64,000 nucleotides of DNA. Source: Methanomicrobiales archaeon. Its GTDB lineage: Archaea > Halobacteriota > Methanomicrobia > Methanomicrobiales > Methanospirillaceae. This document shows positions 10,940 to 21,271 of this stretch, piece by piece. The stretch spans positions 1 to 64,000 of the forward strand of contig JBAXJR010000003.1 of NCBI GenBank assembly GCA_037137755.1. Reading direction: 5' to 3'. Position 1 is the first letter of the stretch; every line of letters starts with the position of its first letter. A program made the position numbers and the translations under genes. Under the pieces are notes generated by a model. The model was not told the origin of the DNA and did no database searches. It saw nothing but the letters and a program-made list of their open reading frames with translations.

Positions 10940-11146
10940 ATGGCAGATTTACCTATTGCGGCAGTTGTAAGAATTGCAAAGTCGAACGGAGCCGAAAGAG
11001 TCGGCAGTGATGCAGCAGCAGCACTTGTAAAGAAGACTGAAAAATATATTGCACACCTCACCAAAGAGGCAAACAAGCTTGCGATCCATGCAGGCAGGAA
11101 GACGCTGAAAGAAGAAGACATCGAGATGGCTGCAAAGTCATCCTGA
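10940..11146 (+). CDS. Archaeal histone (HMf-type histone fold)
   Basis: LPIAAVVRIAK..GAERV...A.HAGRKTLKEEDI signature, 68 aa. Confidence 0.96.
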   Translation: MADLPIAAVVRIAKSNGAERVGSDAAAALVKKTEKYIAHLTKEANKLAIHAGRKTLKEEDIEMAAKSS

Positions 11147-11360
11147 TTCTTTAATTTCAACTAATCCACACTTATCCGGATTGTCCCGGTCGCTTTTTTA
11201 TCTTCGTTATTTCAACAGGTCATTTTGGGGACGTCAATCTGATATCCCAGGGTCGGATGTCAATTCTATTTCAGCTGATGTTTTTTTGGGTACCCTGAAT
11301 TTAGGGCAATCATTTTAGCCAGAGGTCCCGGGCAGGTAAATTGCGGAAGAAAGCAGGTGT

Positions 11361-12317
11361 CTAATCCCTGCGGACTGCAAGGAGGGGTGTGAGCCCCGGT
11401 CCGGAGACTAACGAATTGATATCTGTACAGACCTGGAATGATCTTTTTGACAGCTCCGAACATACCAGGCCATTCATATCAGAAAATTCACCTGCCGGGC
11501 CTGACAGGACCCTTGTTCCGTCATAATGGAGGAAGGAGCCTTTTCCAGCGGCGAGCAGGGAATTTCCCGTTGATTTGATGTCAAAAATCGCTGAATCCAG
11601 GAAAAATGGCTCCATTCTTTCCTTACACACGTGGTATAATCCTCCGAAATCCAGGGAACGGCGGGCGCATCCAGCCGAAACAACCATATCGCCATTGATG
11701 CAGGGGTACGGTATAATACCGCTGACCGGTTGCCGCCCGTCAACGGTTACTACCCGGCCGGTTTCTCCATCAACCAGTTTCAACCCGCCCTGCAGCTCTC
11801 CCCTGTTAAAACCTACATAGATGGAATTTCCTGGTCCGGCAGCCATTGAAATCTGTGCAGCATCGAACAGCCACTCCCCCAGCGGCAGTACTTCCCAAAC
11901 ACCAGAATCGAGAGAAAACCGGTACAGGTTAAACGGAGATAACGCAATGATTTCGTCTTCCCGTATAATCATGCGGTAAGTCCTTTCTTTTGCGGGGACC
12001 GACCCGAATCCCGGCCTGTTCACGCGGGGTGGCGGGGTCCGGGTAGTCCCTTTGGCAAGTCCGGCAAAAGGGATGTCTGTCAGAAACTCCCAATCACCGG
12101 AGGTATTGACCCAGATATCCCCTTTCTCCATTGCAGCCAATACCCGGCCATCCGGAAGGAGAAAAAAATCGTCCACCGCACTAACAAACGGAGGGGTCTC
12201 CCTCTGGAACTCCCTGCTGTCCAGGTTAAAAGAGAACAGCGTACGTTCGAAATAGTGGAGCCAGAGTGTTGAGCCACTGAGATCAATCCGCTGCAGGTGT
12301 TGCCCAGGCCTTTCCAT
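11361..12317 (-). CDS. Hypothetical protein, probable beta-propeller/beta-rich
   Basis: 318-aa ORF with repeated short beta-strand motifs (DGRVLAA..KGDIWV, NSIYVG, GGLYHV, NSLLAAG). Confidence 0.6.
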   Translation of the reverse strand: MERPGQHLQRIDLSGSTLWLHYFERTLFSFNLDSREFQRETPPFVSAVDDFFLLPDGRVLAAMEKGDIWVNTSGDWEFLTDIPFAGLAKGTTRTPPPRVNRPGFGSVPAKERTYRMIIREDEIIALSPFNLYRFSLDSGVWEVLPLGEWLFDAAQISMAAGPGNSIYVGFNRGELQGGLKLVDGETGRVVTVDGRQPVSGIIPYPCINGDMVVSAGCARRSLDFGGLYHVCKERMEPFFLDSAIFDIKSTGNSLLAAGKGSFLHYDGTRVLSGPAGEFSDMNGLVCSELSKRSFQVCTDINSLVSGPGLTPLLAVRRD

Positions 12318-12394
12318 TGATTTCTCCGGTTACGGTTGTATTCCGTAACAACGGGGCGGGAAGTTCAACATAGGATTTGCCCGGTACCTTGTAT

Positions 12395-12772
12395 TCATTT
12401 TGGTAAAACCGTGGCGGGGGGAGTTATCCCGGGCCTTTCTTTCATTGAATATTCCAGGACCTTTGCGAGGTGGACCTGCCCATTCATGATCCGTTGCACT
12501 TCACGCCAGCTCACCACATAAATCCTGCCATGAAGGTTGAATACGAGGTCCTTCTTTTTCGCTTCCCGTACCGGGGAGAGCCATGCGCATCCCTCCTCAT
12601 CGCCTGCCTCATTGATAACTCCTGCTGACTGGCCCGATGACAGAAGGATACAATCAGATTTTATCAGGTACAATGTCCCTCCCCCTATTTCGAGAACGAT
12701 TGCTTCTCCGCTCATGTTCATAGTCCCGGCCCTGGTATACGAATCAGAGATAAGCTGTTTCATCACTCTCAC
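12395..12772 (-). CDS. Hypothetical protein
   Basis: 125-aa ORF co-oriented with its neighbours. No motif recognised. Confidence 0.6.
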   Translation of the reverse strand: MRVMKQLISDSYTRAGTMNMSGEAIVLEIGGGTLYLIKSDCILLSSGQSAGVINEAGDEEGCAWLSPVREAKKKDLVFNLHGRIYVVSWREVQRIMNGQVHLAKVLEYSMKERPGITPPATVLPK

Positions 12773-12962
12773 CTAATTAAAGATATAATCCCGCATTGCA
12801 CTAAAATATGGCGTCAGACACTGATTTTACACAAAATTCAGGCAATACAGAGATTGTAAAAAATGTGTCGGGGTCCCCCGGGTATCATACGTGTATCCTT
12901 CGAGTCCGTGAAGGTAGATCGACCATCATCCGGGATACGAAAAAATGTAATAACCCTGGAAT

Positions 12963-14699
12963 TCAGGTAATGACGAGATAGGCAATAAGTGACAGGAGGA
13001 ACGCCAGCAACAGCAGGGCGATACTGATGGGTCCAATCAGGGAGAGCATGGCATTTACAGCACTCGCAAGCTGTGCAATCCGCTGCGATCCGAATATGAC
13101 CACTTTTTCACATTCAACAGTACTACCCGCTACATCTGCTTCTGCCATATCGGCAAGTGCCTCTGTCAAGGCCTTTTCAACAAGGGGCATGATAGATTCA
13201 ACGGGGACATGGAGGCCTACAGGATTATTACCTGATATCGTGTTCACAACATGGGAATCTGTTGTCATCACCTCGAGTTCATCCACGGTTCCCGAAAAAC
13301 CCGCCCTGATTACCTCCCGTACCCCTTCAAGGATATTGTTCCCATCGAATAGCACGTAGGCCGTGACCTGGCCCCCTGCCGATACGGCGAGCACCTGGAT
13401 ACCCTGGTCTCCAAACCCTTCCTCACGGGAGTAAGGGACTGCCATGTGTGCCACACCGATCCTCAACGGGTGGGCTTCCATATCAGGATAACGCCTGAAT
13501 GCTTCTTTACTGGCGTTCATGTATTCCCGTGCAACCGCTGTTGCCGGATGGACTGGTGTCATATCTTTGGTACTGCAGTTATGGGCATCAACGAACAGGA
13601 TGTCCCGGCTCACACTATGCCCTTCTGCCATTATTGTCATCCCGATATTGAAATCAAGGTCTTCAGTCCGTAACGGTGAACGGGTACCCACAATGAGCAG
13701 TGCGTCACCAAACCGCTGGACGAGAAGCGAAACAGACCCGAACTGTATTCGTTCTGACCTGCTTGCGGTTGGCATGAACGTAAGGTCATTCATCGGCCCC
13801 CGCATTGCATCGACAATTTTCTGGATCTCATGTTCAGATACCAGGTTGAAATCATGGGTGGCACACCCGTGGGGGGCCATCACAATACCTTCAAATGCCT
13901 CCTGCAGGCAACGTGGAATGTTCCCGCCACCAATATCACCCATCGGGCCGGGGTGAACATTCGGTACGGTAAAGATGACGCTGTTTTTACCATTCTTCCT
14001 GAAAAACAGGCTTACCTGGGGGACATATACCTCCTCTCCAATCTCCCGGAAAAAGTCTTCCATCCCCTTCGATCCATCTGTGAGGTGAGCAATAAAGGCG
14101 TTCAGGAACGATAGCACCCTGATATTAAAGGCACGCTGAAGAGGTCTTTCGATCAGCCAGAGGAGCAGGATAAACATCAGGACAAAGACAATCCCGAGTA
14201 CAATCGCGAGTGTGAAGAACGGGGGCGGGAAGAGAAGGGTCCCAAGAATAATCGCTGTCGCCGCCTGGAATAATGCCGGGGGCAGCATATGGGCTACCCG
14301 GTAGTCAGAAATGGCAACAAGTACCATCAGCCGGATCCCGGAAATGAAACCAAGCGAGATTGCAAAGAACAGCGGGATCAGGCCGACTGAAAATATCATG
14401 GCGGACAGGGTAATAATTACCGAAAAAATGGTGCATGCGAGTGCAAGTAACGCTGACCTGTTCCAGGTCATTTGTTTGCCAAACAGGTTGATGTAAGGTT
14501 TCGTACAGAGAAATGCAATAATTGCCGGAATGGTAAATCCAAGGGTTCCCAGAAAGACGAAACCCCCGTATATCCTGGTGCTGGCGCCATCGATGATGAG
14601 GCCAAGGATTACCAGTATCAGGAGCGATACCGGCCAGGAAGGTGCATTAAAAAGATACCTGCTGAGCCCTTCAAGACGCACGTCCCCCGCGACTGCCAT
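12963..14699 (-). CDS. DUF2070 family membrane protein
   Basis: N-terminal TM bundle, then HPGPMG, HGCATHDFN, DAHN, FDGNN and TTDSH motifs, and a C-terminal TM. Confidence 0.88.
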   Translation of the reverse strand: MAVAGDVRLEGLSRYLFNAPSWPVSLLILVILGLIIDGASTRIYGGFVFLGTLGFTIPAIIAFLCTKPYINLFGKQMTWNRSALLALACTIFSVIITLSAMIFSVGLIPLFFAISLGFISGIRLMVLVAISDYRVAHMLPPALFQAATAIILGTLLFPPPFFTLAIVLGIVFVLMFILLLWLIERPLQRAFNIRVLSFLNAFIAHLTDGSKGMEDFFREIGEEVYVPQVSLFFRKNGKNSVIFTVPNVHPGPMGDIGGGNIPRCLQEAFEGIVMAPHGCATHDFNLVSEHEIQKIVDAMRGPMNDLTFMPTASRSERIQFGSVSLLVQRFGDALLIVGTRSPLRTEDLDFNIGMTIMAEGHSVSRDILFVDAHNCSTKDMTPVHPATAVAREYMNASKEAFRRYPDMEAHPLRIGVAHMAVPYSREEGFGDQGIQVLAVSAGGQVTAYVLFDGNNILEGVREVIRAGFSGTVDELEVMTTDSHVVNTISGNNPVGLHVPVESIMPLVEKALTEALADMAEADVAGSTVECEKVVIFGSQRIAQLASAVNAMLSLIGPISIALLLLAFLLSLIAYLVIT

Positions 14700-15359
14700 T
14701 TAGGAAAAACCTCCCAGTAATAGTTCGTAACGGCCTGCACCATGATGAATGACCTGTGTACTGGAATACCTGAGTGGGCGTGAATAGAATGGGGCATTCA
14801 GCGCAAGGCTCTCGTATTCTCCGCCTTCCCCGGCAAGGTGGATATGATGGCGGGCCGAGATTTTCATGAGCCGTTCAATAAGGTCGTTATCGATGTGGCT
14901 GCCAAGAAACTCTTCTGATAAGCCATCTGCCGCGGTCACCACGATGACAGCATCCATTCTCGCTGCTACTTCCTTGAGAAGCAATTCAGGGTCCATCTGC
15001 CAGAGTGGCGCAAAGACTTCGATATCCAGGCTCTCTGCAATTGCATGGACGCGGTCATTCTGGTACGCTGAATTCACAGCACCGACGGTAATACCATCTA
15101 TCTCCAGTTTTTCCAGGCCTTCTGAAAGGTCTTTTAATTCGTCTTCTTTCTCACCCTTTGTAAGAATTTCAGCATACACGATCCCGGAAAGACGCGCGAT
15201 AACCGGTACTGCGTCAAGGTTAGAGCTGTGAAACATGAAGGAGTCGGGGTTATCCGGCCGGACTGTGACGAGATGGGTGACCTGGATCCCCTGGTCAATT
15301 GCCTTCTGGACTGAAAGGATTGAATCTTTTCCGCCCGATGTTAGCGCTGCAAACCCCAT
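14700..15359 (-). CDS. Diphthine--ammonia ligase (Dph6, PP-loop)
   Basis: SGGKDS, SFMFH, PLWQ and GEGGEYES. Confidence 0.92.
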   Translation of the reverse strand: MGFAALTSGGKDSILSVQKAIDQGIQVTHLVTVRPDNPDSFMFHSSNLDAVPVIARLSGIVYAEILTKGEKEDELKDLSEGLEKLEIDGITVGAVNSAYQNDRVHAIAESLDIEVFAPLWQMDPELLLKEVAARMDAVIVVTAADGLSEEFLGSHIDNDLIERLMKISARHHIHLAGEGGEYESLALNAPFYSRPLRYSSTQVIHHGAGRYELLLGGFS

Positions 15360-15366
15360 GATAGTA

Positions 15367-16263
15367 TTACGTCGATCTCGTTGGTTCTAAAAGGCTTCCA
15401 AAAGACTGCGTGTAACGGGCTGCCATCTGCTCCCAGTCAGGCAGGTTTGTCTGGCAACCTACCTTTTCCACAGCGAAGGACGCGGTAATAGTGCCGATCT
15501 TACAGGCGGTATAGGATTCGTAACCACGGTAATATGCAGTCAGAAAACCTGCGCGGTACGCGTCACCAGCCCCGGTCGGGTCGGCCATTGTTACGGGAAA
15601 TGCTGGTATCCGGGAAGAATTCCCGTTCTCGTGAAGGACACTTCCCTCATTTCCCATGGTAATGACGACCATCGGGACACGGTTGATTATCTCCTGTTTA
15701 CCAGTACCGAGAATATTCTCCATCCCGGCGATCTCATGCTGGTTTGCAAATAAGACGTTGATAGTACCGAGGATTGCATCCAGTTGTTCTTTTGTATAAC
15801 GGTGAAGGTCCTGTCCCGGATCAAAGGTAGCAAATTCACTCCGTTCGGCGACCCTTACATTGAAACCCGGGTCTGCGGTAGCCATATGGACAAAAGGGAG
15901 TGCCGGTGCGTCCTCGCGTTCAAACGCCACGGATGCACCCCACTCGAAAAATGTGATCTGGTCGCCTGCATCATCGGTGAACATGAATGCCGTGGCGGTA
16001 TGGGCACCAGGTATGGTAAAAAACTGCCTGGAAATTCCAAGTTTTTCCATCCATTGCTCGTATTCGCTCCCCAAAAAATCACTCCCTACAGCGCTGACAA
16101 GGGTACAGTGCTCATCGAGTTTTGCTATCCCGGCAGCGATGTTTGCCGCCCCACCGCCAAAATACACCTTCCGGTCAAGGATATGGATAGAACCATTCAC
16201 TGGCGGGAACCGGGGGACACGGCAGATATGATCAATTGCCGTATGGCCGACCACCGAGATCAT
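15367..16263 (-). CDS. PfkB family carbohydrate/nucleoside kinase
   Basis: [13 protein letters not shown] and [13 protein letters not shown]. Confidence 0.93.
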   Translation of the reverse strand: MISVVGHTAIDHICRVPRFPPVNGSIHILDRKVYFGGGAANIAAGIAKLDEHCTLVSAVGSDFLGSEYEQWMEKLGISRQFFTIPGAHTATAFMFTDDAGDQITFFEWGASVAFEREDAPALPFVHMATADPGFNVRVAERSEFATFDPGQDLHRYTKEQLDAILGTINVLFANQHEIAGMENILGTGKQEIINRVPMVVITMGNEGSVLHENGNSSRIPAFPVTMADPTGAGDAYRAGFLTAYYRGYESYTACKIGTITASFAVEKVGCQTNLPDWEQMAARYTQSFGSLLEPTRST

Positions 16264-16736
16264 TGTTCCTCATCGTCGGGGTCCCTTTCGTTTAGTTCTC
16301 CCGTTTCGCCTCTTCCCGGTGAATATGCTTTATTTCGTCCAGGTCTCCCTTTCTGTGGTTTTTTTGTGTCGATTAGTACGGGTTTGTTTTTATCTTCGTT
16401 TATTTCCTGCACGTCCTTTACCTGCAGCGGGATATCCCGGAGTGCCTTTCCAATCGTTGACTTTGCAATCCGTGATGCATGTTCGGGTGACTCGGCACGG
16501 AACACTTTCATATCAAGGAGGAGACCGACAAGCGCGGTGTCTGCGACAACGATGGCACTGTTCAGTTCCCCTTCGCAGAACGGGCAGGCGAGCATTCCTG
16601 CCTCAACTTCTACAAATTTGGCCTGGGGATTCAGGCGCTTTCCTGCCTCGCTGATTGCAATCCCTATTGCATCATCAAGGGTTTTCACGTCTTTTAGTAT
16701 CCAGGCCGATTCCAGAGTGACATTATAATCAGGCAT
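16260..16736 (-). CDS. DUF555 (UPF0212) protein with charged C-terminal extension
   Basis: [29 protein letters not shown], and [22 protein letters not shown]. Confidence 0.88.
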   Translation of the reverse strand: MPDYNVTLESAWILKDVKTLDDAIGIAISEAGKRLNPQAKFVEVEAGMLACPFCEGELNSAIVVADTALVGLLLDMKVFRAESPEHASRIAKSTIGKALRDIPLQVKDVQEINEDKNKPVLIDTKKPQKGRPGRNKAYSPGRGETGELNERDPDDEEQ

Positions 16737-16797
16737 TTTTTACTTCATCTCCATTTTTTTAACAATATAATTCCCGGCTGAACCCTTTCGTCTCCTG

Positions 16798-17325
16798 CTA
16801 CCAGGCATCAAAATGCACGTGCTCACCCACGGCCATACGTTCTGTCAGCGTACCATGAGGTTTTCCTTTTCCCACCGTGAGTATTGCGACAGCCCTGATA
16901 TGCGGGGGGAGCCCGAGGATATCACGCACTTCGTCTTCATCGAATGCACCGACCCAGCAGGAATGGAGGCGCCGGGAATGGGCCGACAGCATTATGTACG
17001 TGCACGCGATGGTCGCGTCCTGAACGGCGTACAATATACCCCGTTCACCATACCGGGACATTGAACGCACATAATTGGCACAGACAACGATGAGGACCGG
17101 TGCGGCTTCCAGCTGCGGCTGATCGTATGCGGCCCCCATGAGTGCCTCCTTCTGGTCGGTTTCCCTGATGACCACTGCATCCCATGCTTCGAGATTCCCT
17201 GCACTCGGGGCGGTGCTGGCACTGTCGAGGAGGAACACGATATCGTCCTCGGATAGATCCTCGTCGAGATAATCCCTGACCGAGGTCCGGCTGATCAGGA
17301 AGTCTTGGAATTCAGATGAGTCCAT
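16798..17325 (-). CDS. Nitroreductase family protein
   Basis: RTSVRDY, APSAGNLE and SCWVGAF. Confidence 0.92.
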   Translation of the reverse strand: MDSSEFQDFLISRTSVRDYLDEDLSEDDIVFLLDSASTAPSAGNLEAWDAVVIRETDQKEALMGAAYDQPQLEAAPVLIVVCANYVRSMSRYGERGILYAVQDATIACTYIMLSAHSRRLHSCWVGAFDEDEVRDILGLPPHIRAVAILTVGKGKPHGTLTERMAVGEHVHFDAW

Positions 17326-17674
17326 GTTCGTTTAGTACCTGCCAGGACGCCTGTGCAACCGTTGTTGAACCTGTCACTGCCTCACTGATACGAAGGGAAG
17401 CGGGCCCGTACTGTTCACTCTCGACAAGGCTGATTGCTTCAGACAGGAGGTCGGTTGAGCGCCTGAAGCCTGACTGTTCGGTCGAACGCAGTGCCATCGC
17501 CAGTTCGCCACGTATTGCTTCCATGATCATAATGAGCATCCGTCTGCCACCTGCACGCTCTTTTTCGGGGAAACTTCCAACGGCAGCAACAAGTTGCGAA
17601 CAGACAATCAATTCACTTTTTGCCCGGTCTGCAAACTGATAGTTATTAATTGCAGCTTTAAGATCCATACTCAA
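17312..17674 (-). CDS. Hypothetical alpha-helical protein
   Basis: 120-aa ORF overlapping the nitroreductase start within the operon. Confidence 0.7.
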   Translation of the reverse strand: MSMDLKAAINNYQFADRAKSELIVCSQLVAAVGSFPEKERAGGRRMLIMIMEAIRGELAMALRSTEQSGFRRSTDLLSEAISLVESEQYGPASLRISEAVTGSTTVAQASWQVLNEHGLI

Positions 17675-17783
17675 TAGAAACTCCGCTGATTAATGATAGT
17701 ATGGATGCGGGAAAAAATGTTTCAGGAATAAAAGTTGCCCTGCCATGACCCGGGGCTTGTTACATTCCTGCACGTATTCCAAA

Positions 17784-18107
17784 TTATCGGGCTGACTTCT
17801 GCTTTGCGCCCATTATTGATACTTTTGCGCGGCGCATTGATTTCCGGACGATTGTGTCTGCCGGGTTTCCCATGTCGCGGCCCCTGCCGCCACGGCCTCC
17901 CCTGCCGCCCCTGCTGCCGCCCCTTCGTCCGCCGGGCCTGCCACCCTGGTCTCCGGCGAGCTGCTCAAGCTTCTTCAGTGTGGCGCCCGCCCTGAACCGC
18001 TGGTTGGGTCCTGGTCTCTTTACTTCACCTTCTGATTTCGGGACAAGCCTGATCTGGCCTTTAACGCCTTTGACCTGTACCCATTGTGTTGTTCCTGTCT
18101 TTCCCAT
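17784..18107 (-). CDS. DUF5350-like basic protein with RGG-rich segment
   Basis: N-terminus MGKTGTTQWVQVKGVKGQIRLVP...PGPNQRF, and GGRPGGRRGGSRGGRGGRGGRG. Confidence 0.8.
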   Translation of the reverse strand: MGKTGTTQWVQVKGVKGQIRLVPKSEGEVKRPGPNQRFRAGATLKKLEQLAGDQGGRPGGRRGGSRGGRGGRGGRGRDMGNPADTIVRKSMRRAKVSIMGAKQKSAR

Positions 18108-18207
18108 GAAACTCCTTTATGATTAAAGCAGGATTCTTCATAAAGTTTCGCCATTATTCCCCAGTAAACGGGGAAAATATGGAGTAAAAAAGACGGGTGG
18201 TACCGGG

Positions 18208-20046
18208 TTACGGAGATTTACCTACCCGTTCGATCTCCTTCCGCAGGAGCTCGCTTACTACTTTACCATCCGATGAGCCCCGTACTTCGGCCATAACGAC
18301 CCCCATGAGGGGTGCTAGGGCCGCATTCCCTTTCTCCTTCACGAAGGCAGTCCGTTCATCGACGATCTTTATAATAATCGCATGGAGCTGGTCTCGGCTG
18401 ACAGCAGGGGCGCACTTCTTTATTGCTTCTTCGCTGCCAGCCCCTTTTGCAACCATTTTTAATAGTTCAGGGATGGCTTCTTTGGCGGCTTTTCCTGATT
18501 CAACCGCATGCAGCACTTCAATGAACTGGTCATCGGAAATCATGGAGATATCTGCCCCATCCCTGTGGATCTCCTTGAGCGTTCCAAGGATAGTGCGGGC
18601 GGCAAGCGTCGGGTTTATTGTTTCTGAAACTGCCCTTTCAAAGAGCGGGAGCCGTTCAGAGAAAGCGATCTGCCGCGCAAGCCCTTCGTCGAGACCGAGT
18701 TCCGTGCTGAAACGGTGTGCCCGAACGGTAAGAAGTTCAGGCAGGGAAAGGTGGTCCCACGTGGATGGTTCGACGAGGACAGGAAGTACATCTGTCTCGG
18801 GATACATCCTTGCTGCCCCCGGCAATGGTCGCATATACGCGGTGTTTCCCTCGGCAAGCATCTTCCTCGTCTCTTCCGGGACCCCTTCCCGTGCAAGCCC
18901 GGCCCGTTTTATGACCTGCATGGCCGCACAATGTGCCTGCTTCGGCGTTGCGGCAACGAGGACGATGCAGTCATTATCAGTTGTCCCCAGTGTAGTATGG
19001 AGTGATTTCACTTCTTCAGCGGTAATCCCGTATGCCGGGAGCTCGTCAGTATGGAAAATCCCGCCTACCCCGCACTTTTTCGCATAATCCGACATCTCGG
19101 TACCGAGCCGTCTCCCGGGCTGGATCTCGTAGCCGACAAGGCCGGAAAACCCGTTGAGCCGGACTGCAAGGACCATTTTAGCTTTTTTAAGGATTGCAGA
19201 ACCGGTCCCCGAAAAGAGGCCTGTAACATCAACAGGCTCCGGTTGCACTGACGCCCCACGGGATACCAGCTGGTCCCTGATTAGGATCAGGTTCTGCTGC
19301 CGCTCTGCCTCGCGTTTCACAACCTCTGCAATGAGGTCAAGTTCCTGCACCCCTTTCACCTCGATCCGGGCCCCTCCCCGAATGGATATATTGACGTCCT
19401 GCCTGATCGTCCCGAGCCCGCGTTTTACCTGGCCGGTTGAACGGAGGACCATACCAAGGTACCCCGCCATCTCCCTGACTTCCTCAGGTGTGTGCATACA
19501 GGGTGATGTGGTAATCTCCACGAGGGGGATCCCAAGACGGTCGAGCGAGAAAACCTCACCCTCCACGCGCTGCGCTGCCTCCTCTTCTAGGCAGAGTGTT
19601 TCGATCCTGCCGCCATTTGGGAGTGTGCCGTTCACTGCAACCAGGGCCGTACGCTGGAAACCACTTGTGTTGGAACCGTCAATTACCAGTTTACGCATCA
19701 TATTGACCTGTTCAATCGGAGTCATGCCGAACATTTTTGCAATGGTAAGGCTGAGTAACAGGGCTTCCTGGTTGAGCGGGCACGGGGGCTCCTCGTCATT
19801 CTCGACAAGGCAGGTCGAATCATACGTATAATAGGTGAATTTTCTCTCCCGTTTCATCTCCTCGCGGGCTGCGTCATCGATCTCACCCATCTCGCTTTCG
19901 GTCGCACGGAGGTACCGGTGGTATTCACCCGAGTGCTCACCTGACTTCCGGAGCAGGGTCGGACACCTGCAGAAGAGTTTTTCCTTAGTATCGAGCTGCT
20001 GGTGGATCTCAATCCCTGCAAGGAGCCCGATCTTTTCATAGTCCAT
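18208..20046 (-). CDS. gatE: Glu-tRNA(Gln) amidotransferase subunit E
   Basis: GIEIHQQL, RKLVIDGSNTSGFQRT, RGLGTIRQDVN and RPLPGAARMYPETD. Confidence 0.98.
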   Translation of the reverse strand: MDYEKIGLLAGIEIHQQLDTKEKLFCRCPTLLRKSGEHSGEYHRYLRATESEMGEIDDAAREEMKRERKFTYYTYDSTCLVENDEEPPCPLNQEALLLSLTIAKMFGMTPIEQVNMMRKLVIDGSNTSGFQRTALVAVNGTLPNGGRIETLCLEEEAAQRVEGEVFSLDRLGIPLVEITTSPCMHTPEEVREMAGYLGMVLRSTGQVKRGLGTIRQDVNISIRGGARIEVKGVQELDLIAEVVKREAERQQNLILIRDQLVSRGASVQPEPVDVTGLFSGTGSAILKKAKMVLAVRLNGFSGLVGYEIQPGRRLGTEMSDYAKKCGVGGIFHTDELPAYGITAEEVKSLHTTLGTTDNDCIVLVAATPKQAHCAAMQVIKRAGLAREGVPEETRKMLAEGNTAYMRPLPGAARMYPETDVLPVLVEPSTWDHLSLPELLTVRAHRFSTELGLDEGLARQIAFSERLPLFERAVSETINPTLAARTILGTLKEIHRDGADISMISDDQFIEVLHAVESGKAAKEAIPELLKMVAKGAGSEEAIKKCAPAVSRDQLHAIIIKIVDERTAFVKEKGNAALAPLMGVVMAEVRGSSDGKVVSELLRKEIERVGKSP

Positions 20047-21271
20047 GGCGTGACCTCCTCATGCATTCTCCTTTCAGAGAAGAGGAAAGGAGCAGACGCT
20101 GCTTCTCCGGGTCCTTTTCATTGCCGAGTACCCACATCATTTTAACGAGGGCAACCTCCGGCAGTATATCGGCGCCTTCGATTACTCCTATTTTCAGGAG
20201 ATCCCGGCCGGTATCGTAAACCCGGTCACAGACCCGCCCGTTTAGGCACTGAGATGTCATCATTGTCACGGTTCCTTCATCGGCTAGCGTTTTGAGGGTG
20301 GGTATCCATTCAGTGCTTACGTGACCAAGACCGGTACCCGCAAGGACAAGCCCGTGTACCTCCCCAGCTTCCGGGAGCACAGATGGTGGCATTCCCGGGT
20401 AAAAGTAAAGAAGTCTGCAGGACTCATCGAGGGCCTGCCTGACAAACGGTTCACTGGTTCTCCTCTTCATCGCTTCCTGTGAAAGGTCCACCTTCAGTGA
20501 CGGGTAATCCACGTACCCCAGGGGGGGTATACCGATACTCTGGAATGCATCACGTCTTGAGGTATGCATCTTCCTGACCCTGGTTGCCCGGTGTATTGCA
20601 CACCGGTCATCGCTTGTCGACGCATGCATTACTACGGCGACTTCCCCGAGAGGACTGACTGCAGCAGTTGCGCTGCATACTGCATTCATGGTATTATCAC
20701 TGCTCGGCCGATCAGCTGACCTTTGGGAGCCCACAAATATGACCGGGACCGGGGTATCAATCATGAAACTGACCGCGGCCGAGCTGAAAGACATGGTATC
20801 GGTACCATGGGTCACGATTACACCCATAGCCCCGTCCTTGATCTCGTTATATATTGCGTTGGCAAGTTCCTGCCATATTGCAGGAGTCATATTTTCAGAG
20901 AGGATGGTGTACAGCTGCCTTGTCCGATACCTGCCAATCCCGGAAAGACCTGGAATTGCCCTTAAAATATCATCGGCATCGAACTGGCTTGTAACGGCTC
21001 CGGTGCGGTAATCAATCCTGCTTGCAATTGTCCCGCCAGTTGAGATAATCGAAAGGGATGGGAGGGAATCATCCTGCGTGGTTGAAATTTCGGGTCGCTT
21101 TACCGTAACTGGTCGTTCAAGGAACCTGCAGGTCTCCCTGCTCACACCGATGTTATACCCGCTATCAAGCTTGATTACCGCTTTTCCATCCCGGTCGGTA
21201 ATATATGTCCCGTTAAGGTGGGTGCCCCCATACGTGCAGTCCACCAGGTCACCCGTTTTTAGTTGTTCCAT
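20036..21271 (-). CDS. gatD: Glu-tRNA(Gln) amidotransferase subunit D
   Basis: KLDSGYNIG, STGGTIASRIDY, HGTDT, GSQRSADRPSSD and KMHTSRRDAF. Confidence 0.98.
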   Translation of the reverse strand: MEQLKTGDLVDCTYGGTHLNGTYITDRDGKAVIKLDSGYNIGVSRETCRFLERPVTVKRPEISTTQDDSLPSLSIISTGGTIASRIDYRTGAVTSQFDADDILRAIPGLSGIGRYRTRQLYTILSENMTPAIWQELANAIYNEIKDGAMGVIVTHGTDTMSFSSAAVSFMIDTPVPVIFVGSQRSADRPSSDNTMNAVCSATAAVSPLGEVAVVMHASTSDDRCAIHRATRVRKMHTSRRDAFQSIGIPPLGYVDYPSLKVDLSQEAMKRRTSEPFVRQALDESCRLLYFYPGMPPSVLPEAGEVHGLVLAGTGLGHVSTEWIPTLKTLADEGTVTMMTSQCLNGRVCDRVYDTGRDLLKIGVIEGADILPEVALVKMMWVLGNEKDPEKQRLLLSSSLKGECMRRSRHGL

